A stretch of 64,000 bases of DNA from a bacterium (GTDB lineage Bacteria > Patescibacteriota > Minisyncoccia > UBA6257 > JAGOQP01): contig JAJXYJ010000021.1 in the NCBI GenBank assembly GCA_021780615.1, forward strand, positions 3,819 to 67,818, given 5' to 3'. The position numbers were made by a program, and so were the translations under genes. Under the pieces are notes generated by a model. That model was given only the letters and a program-made list of their open reading frames with translations, was not told where the DNA came from and did not search any database. This document shows positions 1-10,499 of the stretch, piece by piece; position 1 is the first letter of the stretch; each line of letters opens with the position of its first letter.

Positions 1-1
1 T

Positions 2-772
2 ATTTTCCGCACGCGCGAATTTGAGCAGATGGAAATAGAATACTTTATCAAGAAGGATAACTGGCAGGAGCAGTTTGAAGGGTGGCTTTCGGAAATGAAA
101 AAATGGATGGCTTTCATCGGACTTCCCGAAGACCGGATTCATTATCTTGAAGTTCCCGACGGCGAGCGTGCGCATTATTCCCAAAGAACGGTGGATATTG
201 AATTTGATTTTCCCTTCGGTAAAAAAGAATTATACGGATTAGCGTATCGCGGCAACTTTGATCTTCAGAGTCATCAGGATGCGAGCGGGCAAAGCATGGA
301 ATACTTTGATGAGGAAACAAAAGAAAAATTCATTCCGCATGTTATAGAGCCGAGTTTGGGTGTTGAGCGGACGGTACTGGCATTATTGACGGGGGCGTAT
401 CGCGAAGATGAGCAAAACGGCGAGGTGCGTGCATATCTCGATTTAAACATGCAGGTGGCGCCCTATAAGGCGGCGGTATTTCCTTTATTGGCCAATAAGC
501 CGGATCTGGTTACCAAAGCACAGGAGGTGCGCAAGGCAATACAGGGTGCGGGTATGACATTTTTGCCGGTGGCGTTTGATAAAGGGGGTAATATCGGCAA
601 GCGGTATCGCAAGCAGGATGAAATTGGCACGCCGTATTGCTTTACCGTTGATTTTCAAACATTGGAAGATGACACGATAACGGTTCGCGAACGAAACTCC
701 GCCACACAGGAGCGAATCAAAGTATCCGAAGCAAGAAAGTTTATTGAGGAGAAGATGAGAGGAGACCTATAA
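2..772 (+). CDS. glyQS: Glycine--tRNA ligase, alpha2 type (5'-truncated by window)
   Basis: IFRTREFEQME motif 2, AHYS, IEPSLGVER motif 3, GNIGKRYRKQDEIGTP anticodon domain. Confidence 0.95.
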   Translation: MFRTREFEQMEIEYFIKKDNWQEQFEGWLSEMKKWMAFIGLPEDRIHYLEVPDGERAHYSQRTVDIEFDFPFGKKELYGLAYRGNFDLQSHQDASGQSMEYFDEETKEKFIPHVIEPSLGVERTVLALLTGAYREDEQNGEVRAYLDLNMQVAPYKAAVFPLLANKPDLVTKAQEVRKAIQGAGMTFLPVAFDKGGNIGKRYRKQDEIGTPYCFTVDFQTLEDDTITVRERNSATQERIKVSEARKFIEEKMRGDL

Positions 773-930
773 TTTATAATTTACGATTTACAATTTTTCC
801 GCCCAGGCGGACCCCTCCCGCTTCGCCGAAGCTTCAGCGAGGCGAGTCGGAGCAATCAATTTTCCAATTACTTAATTTCAAAATTCAGAAATTTATTGAT
901 CATTGGAAATTGATAATTAAAATTTTTATA
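771..930. repeat. AT-rich heptamer-arm hairpin element with double stem-loop core (minus orientation) and nested REP-like unit
   Basis: Reverse complement reads TTGATTG-[hairpin]-GGG-TCCGC-CTGG-GCGGA-AAAATTGTAAAT, same core as 34754-34812 and 40924-40983. Confidence 0.8.
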
Positions 931-932
931 CC

Positions 933-2210
933 ATGCATCACGTCCATCAAAAAGAATATAAAAACGGATTGCGAGTATTGGTTATTCCGCTTCCTGATGC
1001 GCTTTCAGTGACCACTGCGGTGTTCGTTGAAGCGGGAACGGCCTACGAGCAAAAACATAATAACGGCATCTCTCATTTTTTGGAGCATATGTGTTTTAAG
1101 GGGACTCCGCGTCGTCCACTTCCCATTGATGTTACTGCCGCATTAGAAGGTATGGGAGCTTCATATAATGCGTTTACGAGTCGAGACATGACCGGATACC
1201 ATGTAAAAGTTGCTCCGAAATATGCGGCAAGGGCATTTGATATTATTGCGGATATCTATCTGCATGCAATGGTGCCAGAGCAAGAAATTGAAAAGGAAAA
1301 AGGGGTTATTATTGAAGAAATACGAATGTATGAAGACGAACCTCGCGCTAAGGTAAGTGAAACGCTTGAGTCATTGTTGTATGGCGATCAACCTGCCGGA
1401 TGGCACATTGCAGGAACTCCTGATACGGTGAGGGCCACCACCCGCGAAGCATTTATAAAGTATCGAGATACGCATTATGTCGCCTCAAAAACTATTGTCG
1501 TGATTGCCGGTGCCGTTGACGTGCGGACTGCTCAGCAATGGATAGAAAAATATTTTACAAATCTTTCCCGAGGAAAACGTCAAAAAAATGAGGTAGGAAG
1601 CTATAAACACACCAAACCTTCTGCGCGAGCAATTCATCGTGCATTGGATCAGACACATTTTGCTCTGGGCTTCCATACCGTTCCTTTAGCTGACAAGAGG
1701 CGATTTGCGCTTTCGCTTTTGGCAAAGGTGTTAGGATCTGGTATGAGTTCGCGATTATTTCAGAAGGTGCGGGAAGAAATGGGTGCTGCATACTACATTG
1801 GAGCGGCAAACAATTTTTTTAAGACGCATGGATATCTTGAAGTGTATGGGGGATTGAATCATGAAAAGGTGCCCGTGGTGCTCAGGGCGGTGGCCAATGA
1901 GTTACGGCGTATGAAAGAAACGTTGGTGCCGGACAATGAATTAAAACGGGTAAAGGACTATACTGCCGGAAAGTTTTTACTTTCATTGGAAACATCCGAT
2001 GATTTAGCTTTTTCATATGGCCAAGATCTTATTGAAACAGGAAAAGTGGAAACCCCCGCACAAGCCATTGCTCGTATGCGCGCGGTAACCGCGACAGACA
2101 TTCGTCGCGTGGCGCAAGAATTTTTAACTCCCCAGCGAATGAATCTCACCTTCATCGGTCCCTATCAGAAAACCGATGAGGAGAAGTTTTTAAAGATGCT
2201 TACTATCTAA
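933..2210 (+). CDS. M16 family zinc peptidase
   Basis: Inverted zinc motif HFLEH, NAFTS, GSGMSSRLFQKVRE. Confidence 0.95.
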   Translation: MHHVHQKEYKNGLRVLVIPLPDALSVTTAVFVEAGTAYEQKHNNGISHFLEHMCFKGTPRRPLPIDVTAALEGMGASYNAFTSRDMTGYHVKVAPKYAARAFDIIADIYLHAMVPEQEIEKEKGVIIEEIRMYEDEPRAKVSETLESLLYGDQPAGWHIAGTPDTVRATTREAFIKYRDTHYVASKTIVVIAGAVDVRTAQQWIEKYFTNLSRGKRQKNEVGSYKHTKPSARAIHRALDQTHFALGFHTVPLADKRRFALSLLAKVLGSGMSSRLFQKVREEMGAAYYIGAANNFFKTHGYLEVYGGLNHEKVPVVLRAVANELRRMKETLVPDNELKRVKDYTAGKFLLSLETSDDLAFSYGQDLIETGKVETPAQAIARMRAVTATDIRRVAQEFLTPQRMNLTFIGPYQKTDEEKFLKMLTI

Positions 2211-2237
2211 TTGTTGATGATGAGTTGATGCAATAAC

Positions 2238-2263
2238 AAACCCCGCAAAAAATGCGGGGTTTT
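2238..2263. terminator. Bidirectional intrinsic terminator
   Basis: AAACCCCGCA-AAAAA-TGCGGGGTTT hairpin between convergent ORFs. Confidence 0.75.
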
Positions 2264-2267
2264 AATA

Positions 2268-2399
2268 TTATTTTCTCCTTTGATATGAAACGGGAGCTTT
2301 CATTTTAGGAAACAAAGGAGGTGGAAGAAGTGCAAGGGGGGCAACCCATAAGACGGCGATGATTATCCCGGCAGCGATTTTTGTTGATGTGGTGTACAT
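2268..2399 (-). CDS. Small 43-aa membrane peptide (below ORF-track cutoff)
   Basis: MYTTSTKIAAGIIIAVLWVAPLALLPPPLFPKMKAPVSYQRRK; AGAAAGG RBS, TTGCAA-17-CATGCT promoter (2468-2440), terminator after stop. Confidence 0.6.
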   Translation of the reverse strand: MYTTSTKIAAGIIIAVLWVAPLALLPPPLFPKMKAPVSYQRRK

Positions 2400-2545
2400 G
2401 GCGAACCTTTCTGTTGTTGATAAAAAAGTTCTTTCTACTAGCATGCGTCATATAATGGATATTTGCAAGGTTAATTCTTTAAGAATTCCCATAATCTATA
2501 CAAGGACCATTTGTTGTAGTATGATATTCATATACGAAGAAACGT

Positions 2546-3565
2546 ATGGAAAGAATTGTGCATGACATATCATGGGGGTCCCTATGGAAAATAGTGGCAA
2601 TCGGCATATTGGTGGCGGCGCTTTTTTATGCTCGAGACGTTATCGTGATCACCTTCATTGCCGTCATTGTTTCGTCGGCACTCTATCGGCCTGTGGCTTA
2701 TTTGGAAAAAAAGAAAATTCCTCGTATTTTAAGTGTGCTGGTTATTTTTATTCTTGCGGCGGCGGCAGTGGGTGTTATTTTATATATCTTGGTTCCGGTG
2801 GTGCTCATTCAAATGAAGTATTTTCTCTCTAATATCAACAGCTTCAAGATTCCTTTCCTTGATTCTTTGGGGGCGTCCAATATTATTGCATCACTTAATA
2901 CGAGCGTCAGTGATTGGGTGGGACAGTTGTTTTATGGCGGATCAAATTTTTTGAACGTAGTGGGTGCTTTTTTGGGAAATATTGTGCTTGCCTTCGTGAC
3001 CGTCGTCCTTTCTTTTTATTTGGCTATCAGCAAGGGCGCGATTGAACGTTTTATCCGCTCCATCATGCCTAAAAGTAAGGAAGAGTACGTTATTAATTTA
3101 TACATTCGCACGCGACATCGTCTTGGGAAGTGGTTTACCAGCCAGCTCATTTTGAGTTTTTTTGTGGGAGCGCTTACCTTTATCGGATTGCTCATTGTGG
3201 GAACGGACTACGCGCTCGTGCTGGGTATTTTGGCGGCAGTGTTGGAAATTATTCCATACGTCGGTCCTATTGCTATTGGTGTCATTAGTTTTATCATTAT
3301 TTTGCCGCAATCGGCATCAGCGGCGTTGTTGGCCGTTATTATATTCTTTATCATTCAACAATTAGAAAATCATGTCTTAGTGCCTCTTATTGTGGGAAAA
3401 ACAGTGGGCATTGATCCAGTATTAGTGGTTATTGCCATCTTAGCCGGATCATCGCTTGATGGGCTGGTAGGCGCCCTCATTGCGGTACCTGTCGCCATTG
3501 TTCTTGAAGAGGTGATTGACGATTGGTCTGTTAAAAAGAATACTCTGCAAGAAGTTATTGATTAG
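2546..3565 (+). CDS. AI-2E family transporter
   Basis: Multi-TM; LEIIPYVGP, QQLENHVLVP, GALIAVP motifs. Confidence 0.9.
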   Translation: MERIVHDISWGSLWKIVAIGILVAALFYARDVIVITFIAVIVSSALYRPVAYLEKKKIPRILSVLVIFILAAAAVGVILYILVPVVLIQMKYFLSNINSFKIPFLDSLGASNIIASLNTSVSDWVGQLFYGGSNFLNVVGAFLGNIVLAFVTVVLSFYLAISKGAIERFIRSIMPKSKEEYVINLYIRTRHRLGKWFTSQLILSFFVGALTFIGLLIVGTDYALVLGILAAVLEIIPYVGPIAIGVISFIIILPQSASAALLAVIIFFIIQQLENHVLVPLIVGKTVGIDPVLVVIAILAGSSLDGLVGALIAVPVAIVLEEVIDDWSVKKNTLQEVID

Positions 3566-3568
3566 TAT

Positions 3569-5041
3569 ATGAAAGAAAAATTCTATATCACAACCGCCAT
3601 TGATTATGTGAATGGCGATCCGCACATCGGCCACATGCTTGAAAAGATTCAGGCAGACGTCTTTGCTCGCTATGCCCGCATGACGGGCAAGGCTGTATTT
3701 TTTTTAACGGGAACCGATGAGCATGGCACGAAGATAGAAAAGAAAGCTCAAGAACAAGGCGTGACTCCTAAAAAACTTACCCAACAGCACAGTGCCGCAT
3801 TTAAAAATTTAAAAAAGATCCTTAATTTATCTTGGGATGAATTTATCCGCACGACTGATCAAAAAAAACATTGGCCGGGCGTGATAAAATTATGGAAAGA
3901 GTTGCAGAAGTCGGGGGATATATACAAGCAGACATATCGAGGGCTGTACTGCGTTGGCTGTGAGGCTTTTTTGACTGATAAGGATATGGATCATGGGGTA
4001 TGTATTATCCATCATCGTGAGCCGGAATTGATTGAGGAAGAAAATTATTTTTTTAGACTTTCGGCGTATGCAAAGCAAATCAAAAAAAAGATAGAAACAG
4101 GAGAATTTGCAATTGTGCCGCAATCTCGTGAGCGGGAAATTCTTTCTCTTATTGACCAAGGCCTTTCTGATGTCAGTTTTTCTCGTGCGTCGCATAAACT
4201 TTCGTGGGGTATTCGGGTGCCGGGAGATGAAACACAGACGATGTATGTATGGGCTGATGCGCTTACCAACTATATTTCCGCCATCGGGTATGGCCGCGAT
4301 AGCGCTATGTTTAAAAAATGGTGGCCTGCCGATATGCAGGTGATTGGTAAAGATATTTTGCGGTTTCATGCCGCTATTTGGCCGGCGATGCTTTTGTCTG
4401 CAAAGCTACCCCTTCCCAAAAAATTATTCGTGCATGGGTTTATAACAGTCAATGGACAAAAAATGTCAAAATCAGTGGGAAATGTTATTGCGCCCGCTGA
4501 CCTTGTTGCAACATTTGGCACCGATCCGGTGCGGTACTATTTTTTGCGCGAAGTGTCTCCTTTTGAGGATGGTGACTACAGCGAGGAAAAATTTAAAGAG
4601 CGGTATAATGCGGACCTTGCCAATGGGTTGGGGAACTTTGTTGCGCGAGTAATAGGTCTGGTGCGACGTCTTCCTGCTCCTCTTAAAACAAACCTTGCTA
4701 TGGTGGACTTATTAGTGGAGCAAAAGATAAAAGTGATACAGAAGCAGATACATGAACATATGGCGCAATGCATGCTCAATGATGCGTTAGGCGACGTGTG
4801 GTCACTGATTGCGTTTGGAGACTATTATATAAACGACAAGAAACCGTGGATGAAAGAAAATCCAACAATTGAAAATGAAAAAACACTTTTGAGCATGCTC
4901 ATGCTCATACAAAGTATTGCGGTCTTTTTGGAACCATTTATGCCCGGAACAGCACAAAAAATAACCGCCGCCATTTCGCTTAAAGGTAAGAACGTTATTA
5001 TTAAAGAACTTCCATCGCTATTTCCGAGACGTGATGTATAG
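3569..5041 (+). CDS. metG: Methionine--tRNA ligase
   Basis: YVNGDPHIGH, TGTDEHG, KMSKS. Confidence 0.97.
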   Translation: MKEKFYITTAIDYVNGDPHIGHMLEKIQADVFARYARMTGKAVFFLTGTDEHGTKIEKKAQEQGVTPKKLTQQHSAAFKNLKKILNLSWDEFIRTTDQKKHWPGVIKLWKELQKSGDIYKQTYRGLYCVGCEAFLTDKDMDHGVCIIHHREPELIEEENYFFRLSAYAKQIKKKIETGEFAIVPQSREREILSLIDQGLSDVSFSRASHKLSWGIRVPGDETQTMYVWADALTNYISAIGYGRDSAMFKKWWPADMQVIGKDILRFHAAIWPAMLLSAKLPLPKKLFVHGFITVNGQKMSKSVGNVIAPADLVATFGTDPVRYYFLREVSPFEDGDYSEEKFKERYNADLANGLGNFVARVIGLVRRLPAPLKTNLAMVDLLVEQKIKVIQKQIHEHMAQCMLNDALGDVWSLIAFGDYYINDKKPWMKENPTIENEKTLLSMLMLIQSIAVFLEPFMPGTAQKITAAISLKGKNVIIKELPSLFPRRDV

Positions 5042-5119
5042 TTATATATATCAATCCCCAAAGAGATTCTCGTCTTGGTGTGTTTGGTTCTAACACATTT
5101 ATAGTGTGTACTATAGTGT

Positions 5120-5902
5120 ATGGATATACATGTTATTGATGCTCATACTCATATACAGCTAACTGATTTTGACGCCGATCGGGAGGCGGTTATTGCTCGT
5201 GCCGCAGAAAAAGGTGTTGGGATGATTGTGGTGGGGGTGGATGGAAAAACATCACAAGGAGCCGTTTCCATTGCCCAACAGCACGAACATATGTGGGCGG
5301 CGGTGGGGTATCATCCACACGATGCCGATGATTTTTTTGACACCCGTGATGCCATCGATGCATTGGCGCACAGAAAGGAGGTGGTGGGTATCGGCGAATG
5401 CGGGCTGGATTATTTTAAATTAGATACGCATCTTCATCCCGATGAAGCGCATCAGCAAAAAGAATTATTTCGTTGGCACATTGATCTATCACATCGTGCA
5501 CGCAAGCCCTTAGTCATTCATTGTCGTGAAGCATTCGCTGACACGCTTTCAATACTTGAAGCAGAAAAAGAAAACCTTTTAAAAGAACCGGGTATCTGTC
5601 ATTTTTTTACAGGCACTATGGATGATGCACGACGATTGCTTGCACTTAACTTTTCCTTTACCTTCGGCGGATTAATGACGTTTAATCGGAGTTTTGATGA
5701 AGTAATTCGCTTTATTCCCTCCAATCACATACTGGTAGAAACCGACGCGCCATTTGTATCCCCAGTGCCTCATCGGGGAACGCGCAATGAACCGGTATAT
5801 GTGCTTGAAACAGTTTCATTTCTTGCTCGTATAAAAGAAAAACAGGAAGTGGAGATGAAAGAGACTCTTTTAAGCAATACCCAACGGGTGTTTGGCATAT
5901 AA
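5120..5902 (+). CDS. tatD: TatD family nuclease
   Basis: DAHTH, GECGLDY, IHCREA, ETDAPF, RNEP. Confidence 0.95.
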   Translation: MDIHVIDAHTHIQLTDFDADREAVIARAAEKGVGMIVVGVDGKTSQGAVSIAQQHEHMWAAVGYHPHDADDFFDTRDAIDALAHRKEVVGIGECGLDYFKLDTHLHPDEAHQQKELFRWHIDLSHRARKPLVIHCREAFADTLSILEAEKENLLKEPGICHFFTGTMDDARRLLALNFSFTFGGLMTFNRSFDEVIRFIPSNHILVETDAPFVSPVPHRGTRNEPVYVLETVSFLARIKEKQEVEMKETLLSNTQRVFGI

Positions 5903-6162
5903 AAATCCCGCGAGAAATGATTCGTGGGATATAGAAAGTTCTTATTTCATGAGTATCATTTTTTAATACTCACACGAGTGGGATATTTACTGGCCAGAGA
6001 TACATTTCTTGGTTCGTAAAGAAATCTTGTATTGTGTGAGATTGTATGGAGCGCTTTGCGCACCTTCCTACGGCTTACCACGGGGCACGAGACCCCTTCT
6101 TGGCTTGCTTGCTGGGAAATGCAAAAGTGAAGTTTTTGCATTTTACTCGCTACGCTACGCCA

Positions 6163-6312
6163 ATAAAAAATACCCCCAATAATGAGGGGATTTTAAAAAA
6201 GGTGTGAGCTGGCAGAGAGAGCGCCAACTAAGGAGGAAGAAAATAAAAGGATGAAAAAGCGCTGCCAACCCACACAGAACTAAAGAAAAAGTACAAATAA
6301 CTAAGAGGTTAC
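6163..6312 (-). ncRNA. Candidate small RNA (about 150 nt)
   Basis: Minus-strand TTGACA-17-TATCCT promoter (6347-6319), 14-bp stem whose wobble pairs work only on the minus strand, CCUCCU-containing loop, terminator at about 6165-6190, no ATG ORF. Confidence 0.45.
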
Positions 6313-6440
6313 TTTTCTAGGATAAGCTTATGCACGATGTATGTCAAGTGTGCCGTTTCTAGTGTGTATGAGTAACTCATGCAAGGGACATATGATAAAA
6401 GTGGGTTGTATGAATGCTTTCAGTACGATAGTATACGCAT

Positions 6441-7658
6441 ATGGCACAAAAGAAGGTATCTATGCACATATTGTGCGCTCAAGAGGAAAAGCGTCAAGAA
6501 ATGACGCTTGATTTCATTGCGTCGGAAAATTATATACCTGCTTCCGTGCGACGATTGATGGGGTCTGTATTGGCGCATAAATACGCCGAGGGGTATCCGG
6601 GTAGGCGATATTATCCGGGCTGTGGCATTGTTGATGAAGTGGAGCAAGAAACGCAACGACGAGCACTGGATCTTTTTTTACTATCAGCGCGTGTGTGGGG
6701 GGTTAATGTTCAGCCATATTCTGGGTCCATCGCAAATCTTGCGGTCTATGCGGCACTGCTCAAACCGGGAGACACCGTGCTTGCGCCGGCACTCGCCGCA
6801 GGCGGACATCTTTCTCATGGTTCTAAGGCAAGTTTTTCTTCAAAAATTTTTTCATTTATATCGTATGGCATTGATGATGCGTATCGCATTGATTATCATG
6901 CTCTGCGCCGTCTTGTGCTGGAACATCGTCCGCGTTTAATTATATCAGGTGCGTCCGCGTACCCATTCCGTATTGATTTTAAAAAGATAAGCGCTCTGGC
7001 AAAAGAAGTGGGGGCCATTCATTTAGCTGATATATCTCATTATGCGGGACTCATTAGTGCCAAACAGTATCCATCTCCTTTTGTATATGCGGATGTGGTC
7101 ATGAGCACCACACATAAATCATTATTCGGGCCACGAGGGGCCATGCTCTTTTTCCGTAAACAATATGAGGCGGCTATACAAAAAGCAGTTTTTCCTGGTT
7201 TGCAGGGAGGGCCGCATATGCATACCATTGCGGCAATTGGTGAGGGGCTTTTGTATGCCAAAAAACACAGATCATATTATAAGCAGGTTATGCGCAATGC
7301 TACGCGGATGGCACAACAACTTTCCCAAAAAGGCATACCTATTATCGGCGGTGGAACGCAGAGCCATCAGGTACTCGTTCATACGGCGGCGGTTGGTATG
7401 CGTGGTGATGAGGCGCAAGAATTGCTTGAGCAAATGGGCATTTTGGCAAACAGAAATATGATTGCTTCGGATATGTCACCACAGAACCCCTCTGCCATTC
7501 GTTTAGGCACCTATGCGGTTACCGCTCGTGGTATGAAAGAAAGAGAAATGGATCGCATTGCCGAAAGTATCGCTACCAGTATCCGCACAGGGGTAGTATC
7601 TGCAGGGAACATAAAAACGGTGGCGACGTTGTGTAAAAAATTTCCCATACATAAGTAA
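6441..7658 (+). CDS. glyA: Serine hydroxymethyltransferase
   Basis: IASENY, KYAEGYPGRRYY, GGHLSHG, STTHKS, FPGLQGGP. Confidence 0.97.
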   Translation: MAQKKVSMHILCAQEEKRQEMTLDFIASENYIPASVRRLMGSVLAHKYAEGYPGRRYYPGCGIVDEVEQETQRRALDLFLLSARVWGVNVQPYSGSIANLAVYAALLKPGDTVLAPALAAGGHLSHGSKASFSSKIFSFISYGIDDAYRIDYHALRRLVLEHRPRLIISGASAYPFRIDFKKISALAKEVGAIHLADISHYAGLISAKQYPSPFVYADVVMSTTHKSLFGPRGAMLFFRKQYEAAIQKAVFPGLQGGPHMHTIAAIGEGLLYAKKHRSYYKQVMRNATRMAQQLSQKGIPIIGGGTQSHQVLVHTAAVGMRGDEAQELLEQMGILANRNMIASDMSPQNPSAIRLGTYAVTARGMKEREMDRIAESIATSIRTGVVSAGNIKTVATLCKKFPIHK

Positions 7659-7663
7659 CGAAT

Positions 7664-8497
7664 ATGCATACCATTATTGTTGATGGAAAAAAAATTGCTG
7701 AGGCAATCATACAAGAATTACAAAAACATCATGCATCCAAAAAATTCTTGGCGGTGTTTGTGGCAGGATCTGATCCGGCAACGGCAAGTTTTATTGCCCA
7801 AAAAAAGAAAATAGCCGCTCTGCTACATATTGATTTTAGAATATATGCCATTACTGCCGGATCGACTAATGATATGGTGCGAGAACAGGTGCGCGCCATC
7901 GCGCAAAAAAAACGGTGTGGTGGAGTGATTATTCAGTTACCACTTCCCCTGAATTTAAATCCTTGGTACATCGCCAATGCCATTCCTCCCCAAAAAGATG
8001 TAGATCTCCTTTCCGCGCGTACCATCGGAGGATTTTTTAATGGATCTAATGGTGTACTGCCACCGGCGGTCGGCGTCGTAAAACATCTTTTTGAAACCTA
8101 TCATCGAGAAGTAACCTCCTTTCATAAGGCGGTTATTGTGGGGCATGGTGCTTTGGTGGGAAGACCGCTTGCTGCGTGGCTTGCGGGAAAAGTATCCACG
8201 GTAGTAGTTATTGATAAAGGGGGTGATATGCAACACGTACATGATGCCGATTTAATCATTGCTGGTACGGGACAGGCGGGATTAATTCTTCCTGCGCAGT
8301 GCGCACCGGAATCATGGGTTATTGATTTTGGATATGGAACTGATGAAATAACGGGGAAAGTATCAGGAGATGTGTTATGGGACGAATCCGCACTTTCGCA
8401 TGTGGGACTCGTTACGCCAACGCCGGGAGGCACGGGGCCATTGCTGGTGGCAACATTATTTGAAAACTTTTTTATGCTCACGGAGAGCACACATTAA
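7664..8497 (+). CDS. folD: Methylenetetrahydrofolate dehydrogenase/cyclohydrolase (divergent)
   Basis: GVIIQLPLP, KDVD, VGRPL, TPTPGGTGP; follows glyA. Confidence 0.9.
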   Translation: MHTIIVDGKKIAEAIIQELQKHHASKKFLAVFVAGSDPATASFIAQKKKIAALLHIDFRIYAITAGSTNDMVREQVRAIAQKKRCGGVIIQLPLPLNLNPWYIANAIPPQKDVDLLSARTIGGFFNGSNGVLPPAVGVVKHLFETYHREVTSFHKAVIVGHGALVGRPLAAWLAGKVSTVVVIDKGGDMQHVHDADLIIAGTGQAGLILPAQCAPESWVIDFGYGTDEITGKVSGDVLWDESALSHVGLVTPTPGGTGPLLVATLFENFFMLTESTH

Positions 8498-8500
8498 GGT

Positions 8501-9466
8501 ATGAAGCGTCTACATTATTTTGCATACGGTATCCCCGCAGTCATTCTTGGTGTTATTATTCTTGCGGCGGCAACTGGCCAACTACCGGCACGAAGTATTT
8601 CCTGGACGTATACTTCGGCAACGTCATCGGTCATAGGAAATATTGGTTCATTTTTTAAAAACGTGGTGACGCCACAAGATGTAACGGTTATAGTGTTTGG
8701 TAAACCGGGTGACGCGTATAACGGGGGAGACCTTACCGATACGCTTATGGTGGTCCATTTCAATCCAAGCACGCATATGGTACACCTCATTTCCATTCCG
8801 CGTGATTTATGGGTAGCAGATGCTCATAACCAACAGTTTAAAATCAATGAGGCGTACGAGCGCAACGAGGTGCCATTGGTGGAAGATCGAGTTCAAAAAA
8901 TGACCGGATTATCAGTGAATGGTTATGTGGTTGTTGATTTGGCGTTGATAAAAAATATAGTTGACTACCTGGGTGGTGTTGATGTGGTGTTGAGTGCGCC
9001 GGCAGTTGATTGGGTGAGTGGGTATACTATGTCGGCGGGTCCCCAGCATCTTTCTGGGGATGACGCGATATGGCTTATTCGTAATCGCTATAGCCCCGAA
9101 GGAGATTTTTTTAGGGAAGAAAATCAGCAACAGATTGTCTCGGATATCTTTAAAAAATTCAAAGCATTATCAGCAGAACAAAAAATAGATTTTGTTCGTA
9201 CGTTTGTGTTCAGTAATGGACTTCTTGCTCATGCAAATTTGAATATAACACAATTGGCGCCCTACGTATTTGAAACAAAGCTATCAGCCATTGCGCTTAA
9301 AAATATTGTGCTCAATTTTGACACAAAATTAGTAACTACCGCACAAATTCCTCTGCAAGGACCGACGAGTACCATATATGAATCTGCGCTTATCCCATCG
9401 GCAGGATTTGAAAAATATGATGCCATTAAAGCATATGTGCAAAAGGAGATAGGGAATAGCCAATAA
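8501..9466 (+). CDS. LytR-CpsA-Psr (LCP) family protein
   Basis: N-terminal TM; TDTLMV, SIPRD, KIN, GGVDV, GDFFREENQ. Confidence 0.92.
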   Translation: MKRLHYFAYGIPAVILGVIILAAATGQLPARSISWTYTSATSSVIGNIGSFFKNVVTPQDVTVIVFGKPGDAYNGGDLTDTLMVVHFNPSTHMVHLISIPRDLWVADAHNQQFKINEAYERNEVPLVEDRVQKMTGLSVNGYVVVDLALIKNIVDYLGGVDVVLSAPAVDWVSGYTMSAGPQHLSGDDAIWLIRNRYSPEGDFFREENQQQIVSDIFKKFKALSAEQKIDFVRTFVFSNGLLAHANLNITQLAPYVFETKLSAIALKNIVLNFDTKLVTTAQIPLQGPTSTIYESALIPSAGFEKYDAIKAYVQKEIGNSQ

Positions 9467-9467
9467 A

Positions 9468-9557
9468 TAAGTAGTAATCGGTAGGGTGTAAATAGTAACC
9501 AGTAATTGCATGCCCTCCGAAGTTTTAACGAAGGAGGGGTAATCAGTAATCGGTAAA
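9468..9557. repeat. AGTAATC-type heptamer repeats interrupted by REP-like hairpin
   Basis: AGTAATC/AGTAACC/AGTAATT units flanking CCCTCCGAAGTTTTAACGAAGGAGGG (9513-9538). Confidence 0.6.
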
Positions 9558-9627
9558 CAGGGGGAAATTTAAAAAGAAGGCTTTAAAAGCGGCAAAAATA
9601 GCCGCTTTTATGAATATAAGGAATACA

Positions 9628-9656
9628 TTGACATATACACTATAAAAGTATATAAT
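9628..9656 (+). promoter_or_regulatory. Consensus sigma70 promoter
   Basis: TTGACA-17 bp-TATAAT; AAGGAGGT RBS before ORF 9719. Confidence 0.8.
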
Positions 9657-9718
9657 AAAAACCTAGACATAGAACATTTATAATTTTTTATTCATTATTA
9701 ATATAAAGGAGGTGCTTC

Positions 9719-10477
9719 TTGAAAGCATACGTATTTAATTTCTTTGGATTCGTTATTTTTGGGTTTACAACAATTGCATTAATCTTTTTTCCTGTATGGG
9801 GTATAGGATTTGATGTTTTTCATTCGATTGCCCTTATACTCTGTGTCTTTCTATTTTTTCTTTTCTGGTGGGCGAGCATTATACCAGTTAACCGTTTCAA
9901 CATATCGACTCTTCCGTCTGATTTTATGGAGGAAGAAAACGTGGGAGGTATGTTGAGAGTTGGAGGTCAATCTCCCATAGACGTGGTTATCTTATTTGCC
10001 TACGGCAAAGGGGAAAAGATGAATGCTATATTGGGAGGATGGGCTAATAATATTGTTGATACATTCGGATCGCCAAATAGAAGGAGAATAAATTTGTATA
10101 CACAATTGGATATGACTCCTTTTGTTGAAACGATACAGATTTCATTTGCTCACGAAGGAAAGAAATACTTATCTACCTACGGTATTGTAAAACAATTTTC
10201 TGAAGCCGTTAAAGATCGTGGGTATCACAGGGTTGCGGTAATTGCCGCTCCCCAGCATATTAAACGGTGTGTGAGAGACCTGTACGCAGAAGGGTTTAGC
10301 TGTTATGTCGACACTGGTAAATTCTTTCTTCCCAAGGGAGCATCGTTGGAAGATGAGTCGTTTTGGTACAATCCAGACGATCCGCAGGATCAGGTGCGCT
10401 CTCATAAAAATTGGTGGAGACGCGAGAGAATATTGCGTATATTGCCGTTTGTTCTTTATAAAATTCTTGCCCGCTAA
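9719..10477 (+). CDS. Membrane-anchored hypothetical protein, possibly DUF218/YdcF-like
   Basis: Two N-terminal TMs; AAPQHIKR and terminal RRE resemble DUF218; own promoter and RBS. Confidence 0.6.
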   Translation: MKAYVFNFFGFVIFGFTTIALIFFPVWGIGFDVFHSIALILCVFLFFLFWWASIIPVNRFNISTLPSDFMEEENVGGMLRVGGQSPIDVVILFAYGKGEKMNAILGGWANNIVDTFGSPNRRRINLYTQLDMTPFVETIQISFAHEGKKYLSTYGIVKQFSEAVKDRGYHRVAVIAAPQHIKRCVRDLYAEGFSCYVDTGKFFLPKGASLEDESFWYNPDDPQDQVRSHKNWWRRERILRILPFVLYKILAR

Positions 10478-10499
10478 CGCGGGGGTGCTATGGCTTATG

